Assembly (NCBI GenBank): GCA_038925365.1 | Contig: JBCKTV010000002.1 | Span: forward strand, 5,713-69,712 | Reading direction: 5' to 3' | From: Gallionellaceae bacterium | GTDB taxonomy: Bacteria > Pseudomonadota > Gammaproteobacteria > Burkholderiales > Gallionellaceae | Length of the DNA: 64,000 bases | In this document: positions 23,294 through 33,102 of the stretch, in pieces | How positions within the stretch are numbered: position 1 is the first letter of the stretch | How the letters are laid out: each line of letters begins with the position of its first letter | The notes under the pieces: generated by a model | What the model saw: only the letters and a program-made list of their open reading frames with translations | Told to the model about the DNA's origin: nothing | Databases searched by the model: none | Made by a program: the position numbers and the translations under genes

Positions 23294-23974
23294 TCAATCA
23301 AATTTCTTGCGCATCTCATCCTTGTCAAACCACCACTTACCATCAACGATGACATCGACAACCTGCCCCAATCGCGGCATAAAAACCTGCGGGTCGCGCA
23401 GCTCTAACCTGTCCAGCCATTTATCCAGTGCGGCCTGATCGCTCACATTGCTGTGGCGTTTGGCCACCATGGCGATCAGATTATTGGCGAGGAAGCCCTG
23501 GCTTTCGTGAGTCTCGTCATCGGCACGTAAGTCGATCACATAGCGAGCGGCGACTGCCGCGAGGGCTGCACCGTCGGAATTGTTCGGCGTTTCATCGACG
23601 ATATGCAGTAGCATCGCCAATGTGAGCTCGGGATCGACCGGGAAGCTGACCGCCAACCACACACCCATACCCAGCACGGCGATGGAGTCTTCTTGTTCGG
23701 TTTGATACAGCACATTGCAGGCTTCCACTGCATCCTGCCAGGCATCATTATTTAAAGCAGTATCGAAGGCCTGTTTCGCCATCGTCCAAGCTTCCGGCTT
23801 GCGCTCAAGGTTATTCAGTATTTCTGCAATATCCAACTGCATACGTGCCTGTGCCAGGGGAGTAGCATTCTTCAAACCGATCAAATCACGCATTTTTTCT
23901 GCCAGATATTTTTCCAATCCAACGCGTTCGCTTTCGCTCAAGCCGTCTTTAATTTCTGTATTCATGTCATTCAT
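23294..23974 (-). CDS. hypothetical acidic protein, start abuts the pmbA stop
   Basis: 226-aa ORF with no motif I recognise. Its start codon lies 1 nt after the pmbA stop. Confidence 0.5.
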   Translation of the reverse strand: MNDMNTEIKDGLSESERVGLEKYLAEKMRDLIGLKNATPLAQARMQLDIAEILNNLERKPEAWTMAKQAFDTALNNDAWQDAVEACNVLYQTEQEDSIAVLGMGVWLAVSFPVDPELTLAMLLHIVDETPNNSDGAALAAVAARYVIDLRADDETHESQGFLANNLIAMVAKRHSNVSDQAALDKWLDRLELRDPQVFMPRLGQVVDVIVDGKWWFDKDEMRKKFD

Positions 23975-23975
23975 A

Positions 23976-25352
23976 CTATTGACCCGCCACCATCATGCTT
24001 TCTATCAATATCGAGCCGCACTGCCGTCCGCCTGATACCAGCACATCGTTGCCCACCGCGACAATATTTTTGTACATATCCTTGAGGTTGCCGGCGATGG
24101 TAAATTCTTCTACTGCATATTGGATTTCGCCATGCTCCACCCAAAAGCCTGCCGCGCCTCTGGAGTAATCCCCCGTCACTGCATTGACGCCTGAACCGAG
24201 TAGCTCGGTAACCAGCAAACCACGGCCCATTTTTTTTAGCAGGCCAGGCAAATCCAGCTCGCCAGGTTTGACGATCAGGTTATGCGTGCCGCCAGCATTG
24301 CCGGTGGTGCGCATGCCCAGTTTGCAAGCCGAGTAGGTGCCGAGGAAATAGCCTTGCAAGACGCCATTCTCAACGATGGTACGGCGCTGGGTTTTAACGC
24401 CCTCGCCATCGAAGTTGCCGCTGGCCAGGCCTTTGCGGATATCGGGCACATCATCAATGGTGATATTGGAAGAAAAAATTGGCTGTCCTAACTGGTTGAG
24501 CAAGAAGGATGATTTCCGATACTGACTACCGCCGCTCACCGCGCCCACAAAACTCCCTAGCAAGCTGGCCGCAACCGGTGCTTCAAACACCACTGGCACC
24601 TGCATGGTGGCCATTTTGCGTGCATTCAATCGGCGCACGGTGCGCTCGGCGCAAATGCGCCCTATTTCTTGCGGGGTGAGTATATCGACAGGGTCGCGTG
24701 CTTCGCTGTACCAGTAGTCGCGCTGCATGGCGTTGTTTTTCCCGGCAATCATCGAGCAGCTAAGGCTGTGGCGCGAGGTGGGGTAGCCGCCGACAAAACC
24801 CAGACTGTTGGCGAACACAAATTGCGATTCATGCACGCTGACGCTGGCGCCTTCGGAATTTTTGATGCGTTTGTCGGTTGCAAATGCGGCTTGTTCACAT
24901 TCATTGGCTAGCGCAATCGCACTTTCAACATCCAACTGCCACGGGTAATACAAGTCCAGATCGGGGAACTCTGTCGCCAGTAATTCGACCTCGGGCAATC
25001 TAGCGCATTCATCCTTGGCGGTGAATTTGGCGATATTCAACGCGGCATCCACTGTGTCGCGCACGGCTTGCGCTGAAAAGTCCGAGGTGCTGGCATTGCC
25101 GCGTTGTTGCCCAACAAACACGGTAATGCCCAGGCCTTTATCGCGGTTATATTCTATGGTTTCTATTTCGCCCTGGCGCACGCTAACAGACTGGCCGAAA
25201 CCGTCAGATACTTCGGCTATGCAGGCGGAAGCACCCTGCTTTTTGGCATATTGAATGAGGTCTTGCGCGATCTGGCGCAGGGTGTCCGGTGAATTTGAAA
25301 ATCGATTTGGAGAGCTTGAAAAACGGTTTTCAGTGCTTAATTTTGTGCTCAT
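23976..25352 (-). CDS. pmbA: metalloprotease PmbA (TldE)
   Basis: PmbA/TldD family length and C-terminal GGRQCGSILIE-type region. Divergent from yjgA as in E. coli. Confidence 0.88.
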   Translation of the reverse strand: MSTKLSTENRFSSSPNRFSNSPDTLRQIAQDLIQYAKKQGASACIAEVSDGFGQSVSVRQGEIETIEYNRDKGLGITVFVGQQRGNASTSDFSAQAVRDTVDAALNIAKFTAKDECARLPEVELLATEFPDLDLYYPWQLDVESAIALANECEQAAFATDKRIKNSEGASVSVHESQFVFANSLGFVGGYPTSRHSLSCSMIAGKNNAMQRDYWYSEARDPVDILTPQEIGRICAERTVRRLNARKMATMQVPVVFEAPVAASLLGSFVGAVSGGSQYRKSSFLLNQLGQPIFSSNITIDDVPDIRKGLASGNFDGEGVKTQRRTIVENGVLQGYFLGTYSACKLGMRTTGNAGGTHNLIVKPGELDLPGLLKKMGRGLLVTELLGSGVNAVTGDYSRGAAGFWVEHGEIQYAVEEFTIAGNLKDMYKNIVAVGNDVLVSGGRQCGSILIESMMVAGQ

Positions 25353-25384
25353 AGGAATAAATTCAGTAAAACGTTTAGGCGTAA

Positions 25385-25416
25385 GGCGTTATCATAACAA
25401 CATATTCTAATATTTA
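25385..25416 (-). repeat. partial copy (F) of the AT-rich element, core deleted
   Basis: The reverse complement reads taaatattagaatatgttgttatgataacgcc. It keeps both flanks but lacks CAATATAATC. Confidence 0.5.
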
Positions 25417-25426
25417 CCGACACACC

Positions 25427-25999
25427 ATGAAACAACAGCAATACGACGACAGTGACGATATTAACCGTCCACCCAGCAAAACCAAGATCAAACAGCAGAT
25501 GCACGATCTACAGGACTTGGGCCAAGAACTGGTGAAGCTCAGCAAGGAGCATCTCGCTGAAGTGGATTTACCCGACAATTTGCGCGTGGCTGTACGCGAC
25601 GCTAAAAAAATGAAAAGCTTTGGTGCGATCAAACGCCATATGCAATACATCGGAAAATTGATGCGTGATGTTGATTCCGCCCCTATCCAGGCCAAACTTG
25701 CCGAATGGAACGGCACCTCACGTCAGCACATTACCTGGTTACATCAGCTGGAACGCTGGCGCGAAAGGCTGCTGGCAGAGCCGGATGCACTCACTGAATT
25801 GCTTGCAACTTATCCGGGGGCCGATGTGCAACATTTGCGTACCTTGATACGCAATGCAGTCAAGGAAAAAGAGCTCGGCAAAACTACCAATAATTTTCGT
25901 GATATTTTTCAGATTCTGCGCGAGTTGATTCCTGAAGAAACGCTAGTGCCCACATCACGTGTCGCTACAGCAGCACCTGAAGATGAGTCTAAAGATTGA
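25427..25999 (+). CDS. yjgA: ribosome-associated protein YjgA (DUF615)
   Basis: Highly charged 190-aa protein with SKTKIKQQMHDLQDLG. Conserved divergent pairing with pmbA. Confidence 0.8.
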   Translation: MKQQQYDDSDDINRPPSKTKIKQQMHDLQDLGQELVKLSKEHLAEVDLPDNLRVAVRDAKKMKSFGAIKRHMQYIGKLMRDVDSAPIQAKLAEWNGTSRQHITWLHQLERWRERLLAEPDALTELLATYPGADVQHLRTLIRNAVKEKELGKTTNNFRDIFQILRELIPEETLVPTSRVATAAPEDESKD

Positions 26000-26006
26000 G
26001 AGCGAT

Positions 26007-26669
26007 ATGAGCAGCATACTTCCTCACATCGTTCTGGATCGCGGCACTGCGCCTAAACACAGCATTATCTGGCTGCATGGCTTGGGGGCTGATGGCGAAG
26101 ATTTTGTAAGTGTCGCTGAACAGATCAATTTACCGCTGGCCATGCGCTATATTTTTCCCCATGCGCCCAAGAACCCCGTCACCATTAACGGTGGCTTTGT
26201 GATGCGCTCGTGGTACGACATTGCGGATGTTGATATCGCGGCCAAACAGGATGCAGTTGGCATACACGCTTCACAAGCTGAAATTGAAAAATTCATCGCA
26301 CAGGAGATTGCACGCGGCATTGCTGCCGAAAATATTTTCCTTGCCGGATTTTCACAGGGAGGTGCCATTGCGCTGCATACTGGACTACGCCATCCGGCCA
26401 AACTGGGTGGAATAATTGCGCTATCCACCTATTTGCCGCTAGCCGAATCCTTGTCGCAGGAAATAAGCCTGAGTGCAACGAAAACTCCCATATTTTTCGG
26501 ACATGGTCGTCACGATCCTGTTGTTCCTTATTCATTGGGAAAGCAGTCTGCAGACAAATTAAAACAACATGGTTTTCAGACAGATTGGCACGAATACTCG
26601 ATGCAGCATTCTGTAAATGCAGATGAGATCAGCGATATTGAAAAGTGGCTGACACAGCGTATGCTTTAA
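26007..26669 (+). CDS. carboxylesterase / phospholipase family alpha/beta hydrolase
   Basis: Nucleophile elbow GFSQGG and HG(R)HD motif. Start set at MSSILPH. Confidence 0.8.
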   Translation: MSSILPHIVLDRGTAPKHSIIWLHGLGADGEDFVSVAEQINLPLAMRYIFPHAPKNPVTINGGFVMRSWYDIADVDIAAKQDAVGIHASQAEIEKFIAQEIARGIAAENIFLAGFSQGGAIALHTGLRHPAKLGGIIALSTYLPLAESLSQEISLSATKTPIFFGHGRHDPVVPYSLGKQSADKLKQHGFQTDWHEYSMQHSVNADEISDIEKWLTQRML

Positions 26670-26723
26670 AGCTGTATTGATTAAGCCACCCCGCCCGTTA
26701 GGGTTATATTGTGTAGGGATACG

Positions 26724-28259
26724 CTAATACGCCAATTCGACTACGTCACTGGCCCTCATTCGATAGGAAACCCAGTCAAAATCTGCACACTTTTCAACCA
26801 TGCCTACTGCTTCCATCAAATATTCCTGCTCACCCAAAGTAAATGTCGGGCTGCTGTTCTCTGCAAAGGTATCGGATTTCATCAGCATCCAGCTTTCTCC
26901 GCTTTGATCATCCGGGCGATCAACTAACAAAGCAAATTGTCTCAGCTTATCCAAGCAATTCTCGTGGTCATGCAATGCAATGCCAACAATTCTATTAGCC
27001 AAAACTTTTACCCCAACATGGAGATTGTTATTTTTGTCGAGCCTCAATTGACGCACAATACCAGCCCCCCAGTGAGAGGTTTTCTCGGGTTGAAATGCTA
27101 GCAACGAGCCTATTTTGACTGTGCTTGGTTTTCCCGCATTGATAACGCAACTCAAGCCTGTTGCACTCACGTCTTCCACTTTCCAATCCTCCTTTATAAG
27201 AGAATCGGTATTCAAGCCCACTTTGGTTTGCTCAACCACATTGTCGAATCCGTTCAATACCTTTAGCTGCATATTAATCTTGCGACGCTGATGGCGACGT
27301 AAAGGCAAGGGCATTTTGCAATAGGCTGCCACACGTTTCACGACTTTACTGACTGACTCCATGCTATAGCCAACGCCAACAGACAGATCTTCAGGCAGAT
27401 GACCTTTCTCCATTGTTTTAAGCAGATTTTCAAAATAAGCAAGAGGGGTTCCCATACTGACGAAACGGGTGCTGAGAGGATACATAATACCCACTTCTTG
27501 CACACGCACGGGTACTCCGGGATTGTCCAGGTCAATCGCAAATATACTACCTGCTACAGGCTCATTGTTTACTTCAAATAGCTTACTCATATGGATTATC
27601 AGACATTTGCTCGTATGCGAATCCACAGGACTTAATGAACCAATACTGGCGGTATACCAAATCAACACACTTGCATATATTCGCATTACACTCGTTTCAG
27701 TTTCCTTTCCTGCATACAGAGAGATGGGCTCATCCACAAGCTGCTGCTGTTCGGCATAGGCAAAATAATGTACCAAATGCATCCAGCGTTGAGGGTTCAT
27801 CGGCCTGTATCGCACCGCAGCGCATTCCATTCGTCCAAACACGGCATAGATACCACGAGCACAGATCAGGGACAAATTTGACTTGATGGCAGAGCTGCCC
27901 TTTTCGCCCTTTTGCAGACCTATCAGCAAGTCCAGATAGCCAAGATCACAAAATGTGTAATACGCATTCATCGCGCCCCACAAGCGATTTTCATGCAACA
28001 CGGAAAGCGGCACTAGCGCGAAATAACTTTGGACAATTTTACGCAAGTGGGGATAGGCTGCTTCGTCCAATATGCGTAATACGGCAAACTTGTGATCCAG
28101 ACGAAATTGATTACCAGGATCAAACAGTGTTTCAATCCAATGACCAATTTCATTTAGCACTTTAACCGAGTCTGTTTTTGGCAGACCATCAAGCAATTGC
28201 TGGGCAGATTTTAGATTTGCCAAGGGATGATCCGATTTATTGCTAAACAAACCCAACAT
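26724..28259 (-). CDS. PilZ-domain protein with a roughly 320-aa N-terminal domain of unknown function
   Basis: RRHQRR (RxxxR) followed about 37 aa later by DVSATG (DxSxxG). This is the canonical PilZ c-di-GMP binding signature. Confidence 0.6.
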   Translation of the reverse strand: MLGLFSNKSDHPLANLKSAQQLLDGLPKTDSVKVLNEIGHWIETLFDPGNQFRLDHKFAVLRILDEAAYPHLRKIVQSYFALVPLSVLHENRLWGAMNAYYTFCDLGYLDLLIGLQKGEKGSSAIKSNLSLICARGIYAVFGRMECAAVRYRPMNPQRWMHLVHYFAYAEQQQLVDEPISLYAGKETETSVMRIYASVLIWYTASIGSLSPVDSHTSKCLIIHMSKLFEVNNEPVAGSIFAIDLDNPGVPVRVQEVGIMYPLSTRFVSMGTPLAYFENLLKTMEKGHLPEDLSVGVGYSMESVSKVVKRVAAYCKMPLPLRRHQRRKINMQLKVLNGFDNVVEQTKVGLNTDSLIKEDWKVEDVSATGLSCVINAGKPSTVKIGSLLAFQPEKTSHWGAGIVRQLRLDKNNNLHVGVKVLANRIVGIALHDHENCLDKLRQFALLVDRPDDQSGESWMLMKSDTFAENSSPTFTLGEQEYLMEAVGMVEKCADFDWVSYRMRASDVVELAY

Positions 28260-28529
28260 AATTAATCTCCAAGTACGTGATGCAAGTTAATATTCATGGT
28301 GTCCATTAAAGGAGTTTTTAGCAATAAGAGCTATGGACTGACCCTGCAGCTATCAATTTTTTCCTTATTGGCATTAAACAGATAGGCAGCCCTTATCCAT
28401 GCGACAAATAGAGCATGAAAACAATGTCTTTTTAGCTAGTCGCGCTCTATATATAAAAGCACATATATTTCAATATTGCCCTATGCTGAACGTCATACGC
28501 CCTGAAAAAAATATCATCGAATCTTTAAA

Positions 28530-29228
28530 ATGATTAAATTGCTCCACCAAAATACGCCATTTCCACCGCTTGAGAAAGCCTTGTTTCAACCCAATGGCCT
28601 GCTTGCTGCTGGTGGCGATCTAATGCCTGAACGCCTGCTGGACGCATACCGCCACGGTATTTTTCCCTGGTACAGCGCGGGCGATCCAATCTTGTGGTGG
28701 AGTCCTGACCCCCGCATGGTGCTATTCCCGGACGAATTCAAAATATCCAACTCATTACGCAAGACGCTAACCCGGGGTAACTACGAAGTGCGCACAGATA
28801 GCGCTTTCGAACAAGTTATGCGTGCCTGTGCACAGCCGCGTGCAGGGCAAGACGGCACTTGGATACAGGAAGAGATTATCGAGGCCTATAGCCGCTTGCA
28901 TAACATGGGGCTGGCTCATTCGATCGAGACTTGGATGGAAGGTGAACTGGTGGGTGGGCTTTACGGCATCAGCCTAGGCCGCATGTATTATGGCGAATCT
29001 ATGTTTAGCCGCAAAACGGATGCCTCCAAAATCGCGCTCGCCCATCTCACTACACAACTTAAACGCTGGAAATTTGGCATGATAGACTGCCAGATGAACA
29101 CCCCGCATTTGGCTACGCTGGGCGCACGCGAAATACCGCGCAGTGAATTTCTCATGCGCCTGCAAGAATTGATACACTACCCAAATATTGCATCACCCTG
29201 GCGTTTCGATCATGACCTATTTGCGTGA
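28530..29228 (+). CDS. aat: leucyl/phenylalanyl-tRNA--protein transferase
   Basis: GIFPWYS, WWSPDPR and ESMFS motifs. Confidence 0.92.
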   Translation: MIKLLHQNTPFPPLEKALFQPNGLLAAGGDLMPERLLDAYRHGIFPWYSAGDPILWWSPDPRMVLFPDEFKISNSLRKTLTRGNYEVRTDSAFEQVMRACAQPRAGQDGTWIQEEIIEAYSRLHNMGLAHSIETWMEGELVGGLYGISLGRMYYGESMFSRKTDASKIALAHLTTQLKRWKFGMIDCQMNTPHLATLGAREIPRSEFLMRLQELIHYPNIASPWRFDHDLFA

Positions 29229-29991
29229 CATCCCATTAACATCTTTACAATTTTATTTGACTGCACCCTACCAGTGCAGCTATCTGTCCGAGCATGAAGC
29301 ACGCTCGCAAGTGGCAGCCCCGAGTTTTTTAATTTCTCCATCTGTCTACTCTGAACTGCTGCGACAGGGTTTTCGTCGCAGCGGTACTTACACCTACAGG
29401 CCGCGCTGTGATGCTTGTAAAGCCTGCGTGCCGGTACGCGTTGATGTCAACTGTTTCGCCGCCAACCGCAGCCAGCGCCGCGTGTGGAAAAAATATATGC
29501 TGCTTGCAGGTTCTCGTCCTCTGCGTAGCGACAGCGTAGTGGGGGATATGGATGTTTCACTGCATCCCCTGGAAGATAAGCCTGAATATTTCGAACTCTA
29601 TCGGCGTTATCAAAATGCACGCCACCCTGATGGCGGTATGAGCAATGACAACCATGATCAATACCAAAAATTCCTGCTGCAAAGCCATGTAGACTCGATG
29701 CTAGTCGAGTTCCGCGAGGATGGCGTATTACGCATGGTCAGCATCATCGATGTACTGGATGATGGCCTATCCTCGGTTTACACCTTCTTTGATCCCGATA
29801 TCAAGCAAGCCAGCTTTGGCACTTACAATGTGCTGTGGCAAATTGAGCTATGTCGGCAGTTGCAGCTGCCCTATCTGTATCTGGGCTACTGGATCAAGCA
29901 AAGCCGCAAGATGGCCTACAAGGCCAATTTTCGCCCGCTGCAAGGGCTGGTACAAGGCGAATGGGAGATGCTTAATGCTGGGCACTTTTAA
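29212..29991 (+). CDS. bpt: arginyltransferase-like aspartate/glutamate leucyltransferase Bpt
   Basis: ATE N- and C-domain motifs (CSYL...GFRRSG...YRP.C..C..C and LGYWI). Its stop codon lies inside REP copy 3. Confidence 0.88.
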   Translation: MTYLRDIPLTSLQFYLTAPYQCSYLSEHEARSQVAAPSFLISPSVYSELLRQGFRRSGTYTYRPRCDACKACVPVRVDVNCFAANRSQRRVWKKYMLLAGSRPLRSDSVVGDMDVSLHPLEDKPEYFELYRRYQNARHPDGGMSNDNHDQYQKFLLQSHVDSMLVEFREDGVLRMVSIIDVLDDGLSSVYTFFDPDIKQASFGTYNVLWQIELCRQLQLPYLYLGYWIKQSRKMAYKANFRPLQGLVQGEWEMLNAGHF

Positions 29992-30088
29992 ATCCCCCCT
30001 AGCCCCCCTTTTTTAAAGTGGGGAACAAACCAAGCTTTGAGAGGTGAGAGTTCCCCACTTTGGAAAAGGGGGGCTAGGGGGGATTTTC
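29990..30088. repeat. C/G-tract palindromic REP/MITE-like element, copy 3
   Basis: aaatcccccctagccccccttttttaaagtggggaa, a loop, then ttccccactttggaaaaggggggctaggggggattttc. Confidence 0.9.
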
Positions 30089-30148
30089 TTTTGTTTCATC
30101 TACTTGTTGCACAGCATCAGATTTTAATATTTTCTTGAAAGACACAAC

Positions 30149-31168
30149 ATGTATTCACTGCTACGCCCGCTATTATTTAAACTCGATGCCGAAACCGCGC
30201 ACCATCTCACGCTGAGCGCATTGCAGGCAGCCAACAAACTGCATCTACTATCCCTGTTCGCAAAAAAAATTCCCGCAGACCCGCGCAGCGTGATGGGACT
30301 AAACTTCCCCAATCCTGTCGGTCTACCCGCAGGGCTGGATAAAAACGGCAGCTATATCGATGCCTTAGCGAAACTGGGGTTTGGTTTTATCGAGATCGGC
30401 ACTGTTACGCCACGTCCACAACCCGGCAATCCCAAGCCTCGATTGTTTCGCTTGCCAGAAGCACAGGCCATTATCAACCGCATGGGTTTCAATAATCTCG
30501 GCATGGATGCGCTAGTGGAAAATGTAAAGCGCACACACTACACAGGCATACTCGGCATTAATATCGGCAAGAATTTCGACACCCCCATAACACTTGCCGC
30601 TGACGATTATTTAATTGGATTACGCAAGGTTTACAATCATGCCAGCTATGTCGCCATCAATATTTCTTCACCCAACACCAAGAACCTGCGCCAGTTACAG
30701 GGCGGCGATGAGCTTGATGCATTACTCTCCCAGTTAAAAACCGAGCAGGGAAAACTGGCTGAACAGCACGGAAAATATGTGCCGCTCGCGCTGAAAATTG
30801 CACCCGATCTAGATAGCGGGCAGATACAACAAATCGCCACCCTGCTAATGCATCACCGCATCGACGCCGTAATCGCCACCAACACCACACTATCGCGCAC
30901 AGGTGTCGAACACCTGCTGCGTCACAACGAGGCAGGCGGACTTTCCGGCGCGCCGCTAAAGGACAAATCAACCGAAGTCATACACCAACTCGCCTCAGCA
31001 CTTCAAGGTGCGCTACCCATTATTGGCGTAGGTGGCATATTGAGCGGATCAGATGCGGTGGGGAAAATACAGGCGGGCGCAGCGCTGGTGCAGGTTTATA
31101 GCGGCCTGATATATCGCGGTACTGATTTGATTGCTGAGTGCGCTGAAAAAATAAAAAGCAGCTGTTGA
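30149..31168 (+). CDS. pyrD: quinone-dependent dihydroorotate dehydrogenase
   Basis: [11 protein letters not shown]-terminus, [12 protein letters not shown] and NISSPNT motifs. Confidence 0.95.
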   Translation: MYSLLRPLLFKLDAETAHHLTLSALQAANKLHLLSLFAKKIPADPRSVMGLNFPNPVGLPAGLDKNGSYIDALAKLGFGFIEIGTVTPRPQPGNPKPRLFRLPEAQAIINRMGFNNLGMDALVENVKRTHYTGILGINIGKNFDTPITLAADDYLIGLRKVYNHASYVAINISSPNTKNLRQLQGGDELDALLSQLKTEQGKLAEQHGKYVPLALKIAPDLDSGQIQQIATLLMHHRIDAVIATNTTLSRTGVEHLLRHNEAGGLSGAPLKDKSTEVIHQLASALQGALPIIGVGGILSGSDAVGKIQAGAALVQVYSGLIYRGTDLIAECAEKIKSSC

Positions 31169-31207
31169 AAGCTGCATGATCCTAAAAAAATTAATTAAGT
31201 AAACTGT

Positions 31208-31250
31208 AAATATTCAATATAATCAATTAGTTGAATATATTGAATATTTA
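31208..31250 (+). repeat. AT-rich intergenic element, copy G (inverted double copy)
   Basis: aaatattcaatatAATCAAttagTTGaatatattgaatattta. The AT-rich half is present as a 17-bp inverted pair. Confidence 0.8.
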
Positions 31251-31303
31251 TGCCCGACAGGCTTCAAGTTGCAACATACGCAGCAATACTCAAGCGCCTA
31301 AAC

Positions 31304-31336
31304 AAAAAAAGGCCGGGAATAATCCCGGCCTTTTTT
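31304..31336. terminator. bidirectional rho-independent terminator between pyrD and soxA
   Basis: aaaaaaaGGCCGGGAataaTCCCGGCCtttttt. Confidence 0.85.
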
Positions 31337-31371
31337 AAGTAACGATTACTCGTTACATTTGCAGCTGAAGC

Positions 31372-32292
31372 TTACTTCCTGAATATACCTGAGCTAAACG
31401 GCAAGCCGGTGCTGAGGTAGGTATGGAAATATTCCAGGTCGTTTGATGCATCCGAACCAGGCTTAATAGGTTTCGCTACCTGAACGCTGTTCTGGCAACC
31501 TTCATAACGCTTTTGCAGTGTGATCACTGCCACGCCATCCGTAGCTCTGTCCATGCGGAATACCGGCCAGTGCGCTGCTTGACCGATTACAGGTGAAAGT
31601 TCTTCAGTGCGTGCTAAGTTACCCGCCTTCTGAATATGGCAGTGGGCACAGGTCTGCTCAAATTTACCCAGACGTCCGTAGAAAATTTCTTTTCCGCGGT
31701 TAAATGCAGCTTTCTCAGCATCGGTATTGACTACAATATTGATGCGTTCGCCATCGGACAGCTTGCGTGGAGCGAGGGTCAAGGCACCCATGGCTTTCAT
31801 ATCGCCAAAATCCAGCGCCTTCTCACCGTTAGCCACCAAGCACTTGTTCAGTGCACCTTCAAAGGTTTCAACCTTGCCGCTAGTTTGGTTAACTCTTGGA
31901 TACTGGTTTGCAGCACCCTTACCGCCATTTGCAAAACAGTCAGAAAACTTCTTGCCATTGGCAAAGGGAGCTTCCCACAGCTTTTTGCTGACAGCAATAG
32001 CCTCATTATAACCAACAGGCGCATCGAATCCCTCAGCCATGCGATCCGACATAAATTTGCTGTACTGTACCGAACCTTTGTTGAAATTCAGCGAGCCATT
32101 TACATAAGCATCGCCTTGGATTTCAGCATAGCCTTTCGCAGGAAAGTCTTTCTTGAAATGATCCTGAATCGCTTTTAGTGTCGCTTCAGGCGTCTTTTCA
32201 GCATAACCAACTGTGTTCACTGGTCCCGTTTTCTCAGCAGCAAAAGCTGACGCGCTGAACGCGAACAATAGTATAACTAAGATATTTTTCAT
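31372..32292 (-). CDS. soxA: sulfur-oxidation c-type cytochrome SoxA (single-heme type)
   Basis: Signal peptide. A single CAHCH heme site, followed by WPVFR...LQKRYEGC...GSDASNDLEYF...GIFRK, which parallels the SoxA C-terminal domain including the Cys ligand. Confidence 0.8.
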   Translation of the reverse strand: MKNILVILLFAFSASAFAAEKTGPVNTVGYAEKTPEATLKAIQDHFKKDFPAKGYAEIQGDAYVNGSLNFNKGSVQYSKFMSDRMAEGFDAPVGYNEAIAVSKKLWEAPFANGKKFSDCFANGGKGAANQYPRVNQTSGKVETFEGALNKCLVANGEKALDFGDMKAMGALTLAPRKLSDGERINIVVNTDAEKAAFNRGKEIFYGRLGKFEQTCAHCHIQKAGNLARTEELSPVIGQAAHWPVFRMDRATDGVAVITLQKRYEGCQNSVQVAKPIKPGSDASNDLEYFHTYLSTGLPFSSGIFRK

Positions 32293-32302
32293 TTATAACC
32301 CC

Positions 32303-32776
32303 TTAAAGTGTATACAAATATGTCGTTAAAGCATCAATCTGCGCAGGTGTCAGAAGTTCCATGCGACCGAACGGAGGCATGATCGTATCGGGTGCAAAAA
32401 CTCTCTGATCAGCGATAGCTGCTCTCAACTTTTTGATATCAGGGAAACGCTCTTTCATGCCTATCATGGGCGGACCCATATCGCCAGCAACTAGCGCAGG
32501 GTTAGCAGGGATCGAGTGGCATGCAGAACAATTACCATTGCCTCTCGCGGAACTAGAAAAGATTATTTTCGGATCCATTTGTATCGCAGGGAGGTTATAG
32601 TTTGTCTTCACTGCTTGGCGTGCTGATGCCGCTGACGCTGCTGCCGCTGCTTCCGATGCTGCTGCTGCTTTTCCCACTTCGGAGCCTGTCGATGCTGCTA
32701 CTTTCGACTGACCAGCTGTATTGCAACCCTGCAACAACAGGGCGCCAAGAATTGCTAAAAATATTATTTTTTTCAT
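32303..32776 (-). CDS. soxX: monoheme c-type cytochrome SoxX (lipoprotein-type signal)
   Basis: Start set at MKKIIFLAILGALLLQGC, preceded by GGAGAGGGG. CSACH heme motif and MPPFG. Confidence 0.7.
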   Translation of the reverse strand: MKKIIFLAILGALLLQGCNTAGQSKVAASTGSEVGKAAAASEAAAAASAASARQAVKTNYNLPAIQMDPKIIFSSSARGNGNCSACHSIPANPALVAGDMGPPMIGMKERFPDIKKLRAAIADQRVFAPDTIMPPFGRMELLTPAQIDALTTYLYTL

Positions 32777-33102
32777 AAAATCCCCTCTCCTTAATTCCAA
32801 CAGTAAAAACGTAATCAATCAAAAATTACAAAAATATAATTGCGACACTGAATTATACCGCCGCCAAGTATCGCAGAACTTATGCTATTAATCAACTCGA
32901 TTGACTCCCGCTCTACAACACCCGCTCGCCCAATAAAATATAGCCCAGCGGGAAATTGGCTAATTTACAACGCTATCAAGGGTCAATGGTGGTGAATGTC
33001 TTAAAGCAGCATTAGAATGTAATAATATAGTTAATTAAATTCGCATTAGGCTTGTGGTTTTTTTGCTACAAACACGACAATGCAATGGGCGCAGCGCTGT
33101 TT

